From Botryllus schlosseri (Eukaryota): a DNA stretch of 64,000 bases. The notes under the pieces are model-generated. The model searched no databases and was not told where the DNA came from. It saw nothing but the letters and a program-made list of their open reading frames with translations. The number at the start of each line of letters is the position of its first letter. The stretch's first letter is position 1. A program made the position numbers and the translations under genes. The DNA lies in the NCBI GenBank assembly GCA_051294905.1, contig CM119372.1, positions 25,422,001-25,486,000 of the forward strand, given 5' to 3'. Positions 1-13,747 of this stretch are shown piece by piece.

Positions 1-247
1 TCCAATAAAACCAACAAGTGCTTTGACCAAAATCCTGTGTGTCTCAAACATAACCGAACGGCGAACAATTTCCCAAGTACGCGATTCCCTGAGTTCCATC
101 CCACCTCTGATATTTTTTTCATTTTTAGTCGTTATTATAGAAAATGTGTTTTCAGCGTAGACAGGAAAATAAACCATGGTTTGTTGCGTATGCATAAAAA
201 CGACCAGCAATCCCGACAAGACAGCACGCGGGGTCGAAACAGACGAA

Positions 248-3200
248 CTAGACTTCGGACGGAACATATTGCAGGTAGCGACGAATAACAGGCGGCAGCA
301 GCACCTCGTCGAGAGCAGCGGGCGGCATGAAGCGTCGAATTGCCAGACGGCACAAATGCTTCAGGGGCATCACCGAAACTTCCACCTCCAGCAGGCTCAG
401 CGAACCGTCTGTGTGTCTGGAAAGGAAAGGACCATCAAGAAACGTTAATGGGCAAAGCGAAAACAAGGCAACGGAGCGACAAGTGTTAGATTGGATGGGA
501 AGATCGCGCGCGAAGCCTTTTGACAAAGGTGTTGTCAATCATATCCCGATTATGTACGTACGCGATAGTGTTCACGCCACTGTCCTCTATCAAATCGATT
601 GTTAACGCTTATTGCTGAGGATCAGTCGCCCAAAAACACGCATTCAGACTCAATGTACCAAATAGCCTGCTTCTCAAATTTAGACAGCTATAAAACTTTG
701 GGTGGTTCTCAAGGGTCACCATATGTTCTTCTTTTGCATGAAATTGAAAATATCCTCCGAGGACGCCTAAATGTCCCCCTTTTTTAGTCAACACCACAGA
801 AATATCGTGGGTAAATCGGGAATCCGAGGCACAGCGATGACCTCATTTTCTTAGTCCGCACACCAAGACTTCCAGTAAATATATATAAATCAGCTGTTTT
901 CACTTTCAGAAAAGCAACTTTTATGAATTTCAAAAAGTGTCCTCCCTTTGGTATTCCAAAATATGGTAACCCTAGGTTATGCAACTCTTCTACGACCGAC
1001 ATCATCACAACCAGACAATGTAGGCCCTGCTAGCACGATATCATAGTCTAGTTTCGAGATCGCATCTATTCGCGGCACCATTAGTTAGACGCCAAGGCGC
1101 ATCTCGCAATTTCAAAATAGTCACCGCCGATTAACTGTCAAAAGTGTGCGACCTCTCGACCAAACCTACTTTTCGAAATTACTCCCTGCAGTAGTTTTAA
1201 CATGTCTGCTAAATTATTACTTCTACTTGCAGCGGAGTAGAAATTTACATGACTTTTACTTGGGTAGTCACTAGGGATGGTGTGAACGTGAGGTTCACGT
1301 TCGCGTTCTGTGTGTGAACCTCCGAAATTTAGAGGTTCGCGTTCACAACAGAACCTTGGTAGGTTCTGCACTGTGAACCTTTTTCATATATTGCAATTTT
1401 CACTTCATTATAACATCTTTGGTTCATATTAATTGCATTTCAACTGCGGGCCACTCTATATGCATGGCGCTGGCAGCATTAAAAATTAACACTATAAACG
1501 AGCATGCACCTTGACAATCTCAAAAGTTTTACTTGCTTTGTAACAAATGTTTACTCGAAATATTCAGCTTTCCGTTTGTGAATATTTAGTGTCTCTCTGC
1601 TGTGAGTTTGACCTGCGATCACACAACATCACGAGCGAAATACGTAGTCAGCGAATGATGCTTATATTCAACCAATCAATGAGATTGATATCGTTTTCTG
1701 ATGCAAAAAAGCTAGCAGGGGTACGGGGCAATCTTGACTTCATATCTTTACTGCATCACGAGAACCAAATCCTTGTGATTGAGGTGTTGTCTACTGCTGT
1801 AAAACTTGTTATTGGGGTAATATCGGTAGCAAGTATAGAAAACAGTTTTACACTCAGCTCAATATCAATGTAGCGATAGGCTACTCAGACGCCGAATACA
1901 TTGTCCGGTCTGGCCTAGACCGTTAAGGCGTAAGCTTATATTCCCTGGTAAGTCCTCGTCGAAATTGTTGGCAAAGCGACGGAAGATATTGATTTTATAG
2001 GAGTATTATATCCTTTGATTGCCTCAGTTGAAACATTTAGTGACGTTTAAAACGCCAACATGTACTTCTGCATTGTGGCATGATGTGGCCCGAGTCGTCG
2101 CTAGGTATCGTGTACGCTAATATAGGCTATCACTTCATTGAAAGATAGGGTTGGAATTAGCAATATGACGTCACGTGACGTCATGAGGTTCACGTTCGTG
2201 TTCACACAGAACATTTCAAAAAGGTTCGCGTTCACACGAACCTGAACCTTTCAGAGGTTCACACCATCCCTAGTAGTCACCTGACTACTTTGACTCGATC
2301 TAAATTCTTCATTAAGGTTCGGAGGAGGCCTGTCCTATGTGTACAAATTCACAACATTGCATCTGCTGCGACTTGGGTAACATCAATGAATGCTATAACT
2401 CCGTAAGGCATCTTGCTTCAAAGACTCAATATTGCACATTCAACGTTCTACCCTGACGCATACGACCGCCGAAAACTATCTCGAAACGGCAAAAATGAAA
2501 CAATACTTCGCGTAATCACAGTGGGTTGCATACGAATACATTCTCTTGTCATCGTCCAGCGATCTGTTCCCCGTGTATGATGCTGCAATGAAAGCGGTGT
2601 CAACGAAAAAGCACTACTGCTACGCATACACTGATACCGCCCAACAACAGCGAGGCGCCGCATTTCCGAACGCTCGTCCCGCAGTCCGTAAAGTGTCGCT
2701 TTTAAGCACCAGAAAAAGAGATTCGACACGGCAGTGACGGTGCGTCACCGAGTTCATAAAAGAAGGAAAATCTCACCCCACAGCGATCGTGGATCCGTCG
2801 GGCGAAAACGTACACGACGCGCCGGGTTTGTTGACCTCGGTCGACCGCGAAGCTTTGTTGAACCAAAGGTTCCAGACGCGTAACCTGGACAGAACGAGAT
2901 TGGCATTTCATTGAGTGTGCTCTTGGGGCTTGGACTTTCTCAGAAAGGCTGCGTTTTGGCGCGACTTCAAATAAATCGTTCTGAGTTCTCACGACTAAGG
3001 CTGGGTGGGTACACAGATTCGAGTAGGGCGAATAGCACCGAAATTAACAACGAGAAGCATGGCTTTATACTTTCTTTCAGCACCGCAGAAGGTTGTGCAT
3101 GCGCATGTTCGTGAATATGTCATCATAGTGTCCTATATGGTGTCGACACAAGCAAATCTCACGCCTCAGTGAAATTGATTCACGTCACGATTTCCATTTG

Positions 3201-6200
3201 GCTACAGGCAATTTGACGGTCCTTTTTGACCGGCTTGCCGAGCATTAAATTTGGTAAAACGGGTATCAATCGAAAGCTGACTCTGCAATGAGTACGAAAA
3301 TATAAATTTTATTCCACTCGCGGCCCTGGAACTCCCACAATCAGCCTCGAATTTTTCATTGTTATGGAGATCGGCATAGGGATGCAACAATGCTGTCTGG
3401 CTCTTTTGCTATTGAGCTACTCTCTCGTTTCGCCTACTCGTACTCGTACCCGTACTCGCACTACACTCGACTCGATCCAAACGACTTGTTGACATGAAAT
3501 TTCGTGGAAAATACCATGGAAATTACGATATCGATTCCAAAACGCTATTACATGCTAGTTGCCTATACAGCTCCAAATGACAACAGAACGGTCATTGCAT
3601 ACTTTTGTAACTGTGGTTATTTGTATCTCACTAAAATCCTAATTTCATCCGAGGTCTTTTTAGCATCAAATCTATCGGTGAATAAAAAATGTTGCGGTCC
3701 GGTTATTTATGAATTGTTCTAGGCCGGAATGACTGGGACCTATAGTCACGTTATTTTACTTTATCATATATGACGCGCGAATTCGAATCAGGATTCCTGT
3801 CTGTTTAATATCCGAACTCCTTACATCTATGTTCTATATCGCCGCTGGCACAAGTCACCAAGGGATATGAAGAATGAAAGCAACTACATTGAGTAATGAT
3901 TGATCAGAGATACACGTCTCGACGGCGCCAGGAAGACAATGATCCCCATTGTATTGACAATGGTTACTGACAGGTGACAAAATTACTGCTACGTGCCGCC
4001 AAATCGGGAAGACATATCGTTTCGTCCGTTCTACGTTGAGCGAAACCTACTTCGAAGGACATGATACGAATGGATTTCGCAGTCCCCTGTTTGACAAAGC
4101 TTAAGTGACTGTTGTCTAACTGCATTTTTAGGCTACCGCAGCTGCAGTTTCAGTAAATCCGCGTCATTTTCGTGAGTGAAATCAACCCGAAAACAGGCGA
4201 TACCGACCCTGTATCGCATCAAGATAAATGCTACTCTTGAGCTTGAACCTATTTGTGCCACCATTAGTTGTTCTGCGTCTCGCCAGATAGGATGTTGTTT
4301 CGTCACTCTCGAGTATTAGTACTGGAGGCTTAACCAGGCTCTTCGCCACTGGGTTGTGCGTTTAGGCACGACCGAGGTCGCCTACAGAATTCCTACCAAG
4401 GTTTGGGGGTTTATCTAGGCTTCTTCTTGCCACCCGATCCGCGTTAGCGGGTCTCAAAGCCTAGATCGAAAGTGTATCGTGCTAGAAGTTGGCAGATCAG
4501 GAGTCGTACTGAAAACAATATCGGCTTGGTGTAAATGAATACTAAACACCAAGAATACTAAAACAACAACCACAATAGCGTGCATTACAAAGACGATTCA
4601 ACTTCTTTCCAGAAGTTGCTGTCCTATTCGAAGCGTATACCCCGGAAGCCAACGCTATATAAGTGGTGCCCGTGCGTACGCGAAGCGTGCTTTAACACCC
4701 GAAGAAGCTCAATTACTAGGTTTCAGAGATGAGCGGAATTAATAATAATTACTAATCCAAATCTTGTTCCGGATTAGAGATTCGCAGTACGCCCAGATTC
4801 AACTCTATATCCGGAAATGACTGATCTTTTTATAGCCACATGGAAATAGTAATTACTAGAGATACTATTCCATAACGGGGTTAAACACTGAACGTTGCAT
4901 TCTGGTGTTAAATTTTGTTACGGCTAGGTTCATGTCATGCTGCATTCGAAGTAATGGCAGATTTGCCTGAAAACTCGCTCATTCGTCCAGCAAAACATCA
5001 CACAAACGTCAGCAGAGAAGTATCAAACCTGTTATCTTCGCAAAGCGTGGCCAGTTGACTTCCGTCTGGGGAGAATCGCACACACGTCAGCCACGAACCG
5101 TTAGCACCGCCCGCGAAAATCGGCTCGGGAAGGGGGTTCACGTGACTAAAACACCAATGAAATTGAGTGAATGCGTGCGTGCACTAAAAGACTCCGTCAA
5201 GCTGCGTCACATACCCTAGAATTAACAACTGTTGCGTGGTCCCGGGATCCCATAATATAGCCGTCGTGTCGTTAGAGGCGGTGGCCAGCAGAGCGCCGTC
5301 GGGCGACCAGGCGCAAGACGTTACGTCATTTTTGTGTCCTCGCAGTGGCTTGCAATAAGAGGCGCTGCGTTTGTGCTCCAGCCTCCACAGTAAAACCTGC
5401 GACGGAGCGGCGTTGAATTTCCGCGAAAAATATCGCCAATAGGCGCTGTCGTCAACACGTTTGGCGGTGACTGAAATTGATCCCGGAAAGGACGAGTGAC
5501 GTCGCTACTCATTCCGAAATGAGTTCCGGTCGACATTGATAATGATTTGGGATGGGAGCAATGACTCGCATTCGATTTCTCGAATCAGAATCGAGCATCG
5601 AAATTATGCGCCTCTTTTAACTAAGAAAATTATATATAGCTTCGATTCTTTCTTCCCACCGCGGCACCCTTGAAACCAAATGTTTACATTCGCTCTGCCG
5701 ATCCTGACAGAGGCTGCTACAATATCATATCGGACCAACGGGACTCACCGTCCTTCCTTTTCCAACCGAGCAAATGAGCGGCGCGGTCGGGCTGCAAGAA
5801 CATTCTAAAATCGGCAGCGGATGCTTGTTCAGCGTCAGCGTCATATTCCCGTCGTCGTTCAGGTCCCAGACCTTGCCAAACGAAAAGGGTTAACGTATGG
5901 AGACCGGAGTTGATCAAAGTACTTCAAAGCTACTCCAAGGGGAAGTAGAAATGGAGAATGGGTTAAAATTACCCAAGTAAGTAGTTTCAAAATGTGGATT
6001 TCGACGAGGGATCGTAGGTAGAACACGTCTTTACTGAACAATGAACACTTCTATTAGAGACGTGCCGACAACGAAGCAAAATATTTTACCTTCATGGTGC
6101 GATCCTTCGAGCTGGATATCAAAAGTAGTTCTTTGTCATTCATGAAAGACAGGCTCGTAATGCACACTCTGTGGTCCATCAAATTGTAGATCAGCTCACC

Positions 6201-9200
6201 TGCGAGCGAGAGGATGGAATAGTACAAACGGTAACAGCGATGCGATCTCTAGATCTGACATGTTTCATTTGTTCATCATTGACCGAAGACCGAGAATACG
6301 CTAGCCTACAAATTACCACGCACTGACTTCACCAATCATGATACGCAAGCTTTTCGATTGTAAAAATATCTTCAAAGCATTTGTATATCATTGCGCAGTG
6401 AAAATATACGCTTCTTGCGATAGCAGTCGTATAATCCGCTTGTAAGGCAGGTTGCAGGCACTCTCGCCAACAAAAATTGAACATATCACTGCGATACTAT
6501 CACAACATCACGGGCTGTTCATTTCGGCTCGAAATCAATTATAGCCTGGAGCCATGGGCTCTGCACGTTTATATTATGTGGCTATAAGAAGCCGTGTGAC
6601 GTCACAATCACTAGAGATAGGTGACGGAATAGTCACTAGAGAACGCACGTTAGTTTTTGCCAAAATTATTCCATAATGAAGAGCAGGAATGAAGTACGGT
6701 CGGTTAGCTACGGACCAACAAAATCGAAACAATGCAGTCAGGGCTATATGGTGGTAATATACACGTGAGGCATATGAATATTGAAATGTAACCGCGTCAA
6801 CGCATATCATAACTATTTCTTCTCGGAGCCCGATTCAGGCCGTGATGCCCAACGCTGAAATTACGAAATGTGCGAGGTCTTTTGGGATCACAAAATCAAA
6901 ATCACGAACTTGAAATATACGCGAGAGCCATACTCTCGTTACTTGAAAATTTTATATCCTTACCAGAATCTGGATTCCATAACTTGATCTTGCCGCAAGC
7001 CAGGCCGGTCGCCAATAAAAACACCTTGGATTTGTCAGAGTCGATCTTGGTGGATACCGGACTGAACACCATCGCCATTACACTTTGCGAACAATCGATC
7101 GTGTTGCAGTGAAACCTGAACACAACGAAGGCAGATTGGTGGTAGTGGTCTCACACGACAGGCAGTTTATAGATTTGGAGATACTGCACAGAATAGGAAT
7201 TTGTGCAGTTACGAATAGAACCAAATCTGATCTGAATGTAACTTTTGTGCGAATTTCAGACTATAATGAATATCCACCGCAAATTAGCGTGAATTCTGCT
7301 GCACGAGTCGGATGTTTGTTGACCTCCGGTGAACCCCTGAGACTGGCTGGCTCAGTAAACCATCGGAGATCGTTCGAATCCAGGTCAAGAACCACCGACT
7401 TAGGACGTTTTACCACTTGCCTCTCTGCTCTGCTTATGAGGAGTGGGCAAAACGGAGCATACCAGACACCATCGCATTGCGTACAAAACAAGAATCGGTT
7501 TTCATAAGCCATTCGCCGCCTGTAGCCTGTGTACTGAATTTGTGACGTCATTTGTATTTGGTACGTTACTATATATCAAGTAATATTTTCGTACCTTGTA
7601 ATTTATTTTGAGCTACGAGCATCGCCTATGCACGCATGCTTGCAGCCGGTCGTATTTTCGATTGGTAATTCTGCGCTATGATGATAGGCCACTTAGCTGA
7701 AGATGCAACTTGACGGACATGGCAAAAAAATTAACCGACCGTAAGCGTGGTTATTCGGATGGCAATGGTGGGGGGGGGGGTGCGATTGGATTACTGGCAC
7801 ACCTTCAAAGTTATCAAGCGCGACGCCTACGAAGTACTTGAAAACGAATTAATGACACCGCAGATTAGTATACAATTGAAATAAAATTGCACGGTTACAA
7901 TTTCATAAAGATAGGCCCTCTGTGCGAGTAATTGCTACAACAACCAAGATTACCGACATGGGTCACAGTTTAACGGTTGGATTCCTCGATAAATTACCAA
8001 ATACCGCACCCATTTACTAGCATTACCGCCGGAAACCATCGATGCACCATTCCTGCGGTCGAACAACCGACCGGAACCTCATAATGCAAGGTTGCTCAGT
8101 TGATTTTGAGCAATAGGTCTCACAAAAAAACAACAGCTCGACATTCCTGTCATGAATAAATTACGGCTAAAACACCTTCCAAAGGGCAATATAACGCTGT
8201 CGAAGTAAGCGGGTAACTACATAAACATCCGTGTCTCAAATATCGAATGAAAATGCCTGAAAAACATAATCCCGCATAATGGTTTGTGACGATGCGTAAT
8301 ACTACGTGCAGATTTGCAAAATGACAGTTATTACGACTACAAACCGTTTGGAGGTGTGGTAGACGAAAATTAACAGACAATTTCAATTTTACTTTCAATG
8401 CAAACAGATCTCAAGCGGAGTATTGGCAACGAAGACGGGCATCGTGCAAGTTAGGTCAGAGTCTGTAATACAATCGAAGCAACGCAAATTACAGCACAGG
8501 TTATGTGCAAGCTTTCGGGCGCACATGGCCATGGGCGCATGTAAGTGCGATTTCAAATGAGAACCGACAAGCGATCCTGATCACTTTCGATAACACTTGA
8601 CGCGATTAGACACTATATCTGTTTCGGTCCAAACATCGGGGAATTATTAGTATTGTTACAACAAACATCCATGCAATCCATCAAAAAAATCCGCTAATAG
8701 TACAATATTGGTTCAAATCAACATTTGGTAGCATGATACCTGTAGCTATGCGTCTAGGCGATTTGTAAGCCCCATTAATGTAATAAACTGGTCGCATTGA
8801 TATTGATTCATTGCGGTTATCGCGCAATAGGTCCTCAAGTTTGCATGTCCACTTGTCTAGATAGAGATTCTCGATTTAGTGAAAATCTAGCAATTACTAT
8901 CGCGCAGTTCCGACAGTGGTTCAAGATATTATGTCAACCAAAACATCAATACATATTGCATTTCGGCCATTTTTGATATCCGACGTCGCAAGTCATATCC
9001 TAAACAGTAAGATTATAATGGGTAGAGCATTTGCAGTGAATGAATATTTACAAGGTGACACCATATATGACATCGATGCTGTTATGGCTGATTTTGTTCA
9101 TACATATAGCCATCTTTTGTATATGAATACTGGATAGTATATCGTTAGAGGCATGAAATCTATGAAGTTAACGCACGATTCTGCCAACGACCGAAGTAAT

Positions 9201-10303
9201 TAGTAGGACCTAAATAGTGTATGGATTGGTAAACTGTATAATGCACAATTGCACAAAATGTACATTCAACTGTAATCTTGACCTTACCTTGAACTATTCG
9301 AGATTGTAAATTATGCTCGGGGTGCTGCACAATGCAAATTCATTATAATATTTAGCCTCGCACTGTGCTTACATGTGAGTACAAATGTACTGAATCTGCA
9401 CTTTCAATATCGGACAATTATATTGATTAGCCCATACCACTCGCCTGATATGTTATGAGGACACAAGAAGCCAATGGTCTTCGTTGAGTATAACAAATAC
9501 GCCAAGAATGTACGCAACCGTTGTGACTAACTAATTCTGTTTCAATATTAACTAATATGAAACACCACGTTTATATCATTTCATCATCACTTATTTTGAA
9601 GATCACCAGTTAAATGATTGGACCTGTATGACATGTCAAAGTAGTTAAGCTACCGTTTACCAACAGCATCGCAACCGTTCCAGTTGCGGCACAAGGGCGA
9701 AGGGTGGAAACACACCAATGACTCTTGGGATGAAATCATGTTCACATCGATATTAGTCAAGATATCGTCAGATAAATCATCGTGCCTCTCGGTCTGAAAC
9801 AGGCGTTTCCAACTCAAAGGTGGTAAAGGGCGCATTTCCCAGCTCGGTAGACGGCACTGGCCGCAACAAGGCGCAACATTACAGCACTTCTCACGCTATG
9901 AATGCAGCATTTAGGGGGCGAAACTATGTGAGAGCCAACGATGTAGCCTGAATCCGAGTGTAAATTGTGATATATGGCACTTCCCGAATTTGGCACTTGG
10001 TGAATTCGGCACTCGGTACGTATGTATTAATGTATTAGTGTCGTTAAGCGTTAGGTTAGGAATGTTAGGATTGCCATTAGGGGCCGCGAAGTGCCGAATT
10101 CACTGGTAATTTAACTGTCACATACTTTTGACATTCGGGATCATCAGAAACGGTTCGCAGTCGGACTACGTCCACGAAGCCGTTACCGCGTGACCACGCC
10201 AGCAAGGAACTGTCAGGCGAAAACGCGTTGCAATAGCTTTCCAAGGAGTTGCGACTACCGGTTCGTCCATTGTGCAATCGGAATCTCTGCTCTTGAAAGC
10301 CTT
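248..10303 (-). CDS. WSB1: WD repeat and SOCS box-containing protein (WSB1/WSB2 family), multi-exon; first coding exon not fixed (probably within ~10350-10480)
   Basis: Exons traced by hand, all GT-AG and phase-compatible: 10303-10126 (YCNAFSPDSSLLAWSRG), 7115-6964 (TIDC...LATGLACGKIKLWN), 6199-6090 (LIYNLMDH...SSSKDRTMK), 5871-5749 (VWDLNDDGNM...ICSVG), 5396-5215 (LRGHKNDVTSCAWSPDGALLATASND), 5145-5029 (PIFAGGANG, a WSB hallmark), 2884-2777 (RVWN...CTFSPDGSTIAVG), 416-248 (SOCS box PLKHLCRLAIRR...LPPVIRRYLQY, TAG stop). Family recognised from motifs; the WSB1 versus WSB2 assignment is not resolvable here. Confidence 0.93.
1272..2272. mobile_element. hAT (Ac-like) non-autonomous element in the last WSB intron
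   Basis: TIR TAGGGATGGTGTGAAC/GTTCACACCATCCCTA; perfect 8-bp TSD GTAGTCAC (1264-1271, 2273-2280). A second copy lies inverted at 25272-27471. Confidence 0.9.
4320..4540 (+). mobile_element. SINE-family fragment
   Basis: Shares cagaattccta...tttatctaggct...gccac...gtgcta...agttggc...aatatcggc..ggtgtaaatga with 26091-26330. Confidence 0.55.
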
Positions 10304-10765
10304 CTGCAACACAATCACGGGCAATGTACTTTAGGCAGAGACTAACGTACGAAAAATTCGCAAGACCAACCGAGAGCATGATCCTCTGCAAAGAATCTGG
10401 TCCTTGGCGTGACGTTTGAAGATTTCTTTGTCATTAATGGGTTGATCAATGTTAAACTTATATATCTGCAACATCAAAAGATCAGCGTGTAATCGGTCGA
10501 ACAGTAATTTTGGGCGGTGTCTGTACTAGCCACATACTAACAAGTCATTGGCTATTACGATAAAGGCGTGTTCGCAATAACTCACACTCATGAGCTACGT
10601 CATCGAAATAACATCAGTCGTCAAGGTCGTAAAAATCAACATAGTCTCTTTGCTACTGAGTCGATTTGTTGTATCTCGTCCTATTACGATAACTTCGACT
10701 TATTTTGTTATCAACAGTAATTATTGAAACAGCGCACTGACCATGAGTGACGCATGTGTGAACAC

Positions 10766-11382
10766 TAGGGCTGTTCAAAAATTACTTTTTTTCCCCGATT
10801 CAAGCCGGTCACCTCTTAAATCGTCAGGTTGCAGTAGAAAACCTTGCTCACCAAATTTCACTCGATTCCAACCAGTAATGGCCTCCGCAGATCCAATTAA
10901 AATTTTTAATTTATTATGGAAAATTAAAAAAAAAAAATTCCAAATTTTTCTGCCAACCCTATGAAATTGTTGAGCTGTCTTCGAAGACGTTGCAAAACAA
11001 ATTTGAGTCAATTCCGACCAGTAGAAGCGGAGTTATGTGAGTTTTTCGTTGACAAATCGCGGATTATCCACCGATCAAGGATAATCCGGGGAATATCATC
11101 GAAAAACTCACATAACTCCGCTTCTACTGGTCGGAATTGACTCAAATTTGTTTTGCAACGTCTTGGAAGACAGCTCAACAATTTCATGGGGTTGGCAGAA
11201 AAATTTGGAAATTTTTTTTTTTAATTTTCCATAATAAATTAAAAATTTTAATTGGATCTGCGGAGACCTTTACTGGTTGGAATCGAGTGAAATTTGGTGA
11301 GCAAGGTTTTCTACTGCAACCTGACGATTTAAGAGGTGACCGGCTTGAATCGGGGAAAAAAAGTTATTTTTGAACAGCCCTA
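10766..11382. mobile_element. Fold-back (near-perfect palindromic) hAT-type MITE upstream of WSB
   Basis: ~280-bp inverted arms starting TAGGGCTGTTCAAAAA; perfect 8-bp TSD GTGAACAC (10758-10765, 11383-11390). A diverged half copy lies at ~29427-29714. Confidence 0.9.
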
Positions 11383-13400
11383 GTGAACACTGAACAGGAA
11401 TATCACAAAACACTGCGTAATTATGGCAAATATAATGTCGCATTATTCTAAGTCATATAGAAAGTCGTCTCATATTCTCATGGCTGTTAAATTGCAAATG
11501 GTATAGGTTTTATCTATTCACTGACAGTGCGGGATTTGGAACCAAGACAATGAACTCTTCAGAATCACGTGTAGCGGCTGTAGGCATAGGAATAGTGCTT
11601 CACCGCACCATCTATGGTCCACCACAACGGAGTCTTATATAGGCTATTTAATGTATATCCACATCCAATCTAAACATAAAGCAGACAGAAACATCTACTC
11701 GTTAAATACCAGTAATAATGACATCGCAAGGAACATACCCTGTTGAGCCTTCAACAGAACCCTATTTCTAGCAGTGGATCGATACTTCGTATTATATTTA
11801 TTGAATTATATATTTCCTCCGCTCAAGACACACAATGTAGATGTTGTACGCAAGACACAATACAATGTAATGAACAGATAGGAGGATGTCGAAACGTCCA
11901 GCTAAGGTTTCTTAACGTAGCATCCACCACGGTCTAGTGTTCTTGTTCGATCGTGATCTTGATAACATGGTAGTAAAAGACACTACATATGCGATGTTAT
12001 GATGATCGAATATCCAATTTCAGACCTTGCTTAGTTGTTTATCTACATCACTTCCAAATTAAATTAATATCATATATCACATTCATATTTAATCGACCTG
12101 TAGAAACAATTAAGCGAAAGTGATAGCCGGTAAACGCAATAGATCGCATGGCCATCGGGACATGGGTGGCACTGGCAACCGTAGACTGCCTTGGCTTGAA
12201 AATACACTGGACTCAGTAAACTGTCTACTAGTAATGGAGTTTGATGTCGCAACCTAAACGACACAAATAAACCTGAGCAGTACAAAATGGATGGATAAAC
12301 ACATATAATATTTGACATTCCATATATTATCCAAGAAGAGGCCTTCAGCTATGAACATGAGCAGTATGGATGGATGTGTATAAAGCGCATAGAATATTTG
12401 ACATTCTGTAATGTTTTCCTAAACACTGTCAGGTATATAATGCTTTACTTGGAAGACTTATTTATTGCTTTATGACATTCAGAAATGAGATCACGGTAGG
12501 CTATATCTGTGAGCCAGATGCAGTCCTCAACCAAATCATGCAGAGACTGTGTAGACTACTTTCATGCGGACTCCTGGTCATGTCTATTATTCCTATCTGA
12601 TACCGATTACTGTGTCTGCGTTTTTCCTCTGTATCATCATTGTGGCTGTCTATTTGTTATGTATTTGGTTGGATGTTCTCTCTATCAATAAAGCTACATC
12701 TGAATTGTGCGGCACACATTGCCAACCCAGGCTTGAAAAAATCACTGTGTTGCTGCAGTCGGTCCAAATTAGCTCTATAGTCACATCAAATATCTTGAGA
12801 AAATAGGCTTTCATCATTTTTGTGATCAAATTTTTGAAATATCTTTGTTATGTAGTCCTTTCCTTTTTATTTGTGTTAACAGACAGAAAGAGAAAGGTAG
12901 TTCATGTGGTTTCAATATTGTATACAAATGTATTGATAGAACAATTATACCTGAATAAAATTAGAAAACTGTTCATCAGCTTCAGTCCTCAAACAGACTG
13001 ATATATTGAAGAAAACACATCTATCAGCTTACAACTTTATGAATCAATCATCTTTACAAATCAGTAATTCATATGAGGTGGTAATTTGTTTCTACAGCGA
13101 TGATAATTGATGGTGTGGCAAGCAGAATCGGGACAGAGACAACGCTGTCCAAACGTTTCGCAGACAGTTTGGCCCATGACATCTCAGCTAAGATATTTCC
13201 ACCCGATACACTTCCGACGACCGATTCATATTCCTACTCAACCGCATGATATTTGAACATAAATTTATACTCTCGACTTTGTGAAAATCAAAATCTGTGA
13301 TTTCTATCGCTCGGTCTTATGTGCATGCAATTTTAAAGCCAATCGCTCATCACCATTTTGTGGCGATTTCATTAGAACAGTCGTTATATTCACAATAACA

Positions 13401-13747
13401 TCAGTCGCAGCACCAACATATCCCCCAGACACGATGTCCGAGTGCCAAAGCAGTCCAAACACACCCCAGACACGATGTCCGAACACCCCCAGACACGATG
13501 TCCGAGTGCCAACGCAGTCCGAACACACCCCAGACATGATGTCCGAACACCCCCAGACACGATGTCCGAGTGTCAACACAGTCCGAACAAACCCCAGACA
13601 TGATATGATGTCCAAACACGATTTCCGATTGGCAACACAGTCCGGACATCGTGTCTGGGGGGTGTTCGGACATCATGTCTGGGGTGTGTTCGGACTATGT
13701 TGCCACTCGGACATCGTGTCTGGGGGATATGTTGGCGCTACGACTGA
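13401..13747. mobile_element. Palindromic MITE built from internal ~20-40 bp repeats (ccccagacacgatgtccga)
   Basis: Terminal inverted repeat tcagtcgcagcaccaacatatcccccagac / gtctgggggatatgttggcgctacgactga. About 6 direct copies of the motif on the left and 3 inverted copies on the right. Confidence 0.75.

Noticed and set aside
4135..4208. Candidate WSB exon (VGIACFRVDF...)
   Set aside because: No WD40 similarity; the expected exon was found at 2884-2777 and completes the protein.
7085..7551. 140-aa and 96-aa ORFs in a WSB intron
   Set aside because: Antisense to or adjacent to a real exon, with no domain signal or compatible splice pattern.
10775..11373. Two near-identical 78-aa ORFs on opposite strands
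   Set aside because: They lie in the two arms of a fold-back MITE.
12564..12806. Hydrophobic 80-aa ORF resembling a membrane peptide
   Set aside because: No recognisable family motif or linked exons; could be chance in AT-rich DNA or a decayed repeat.
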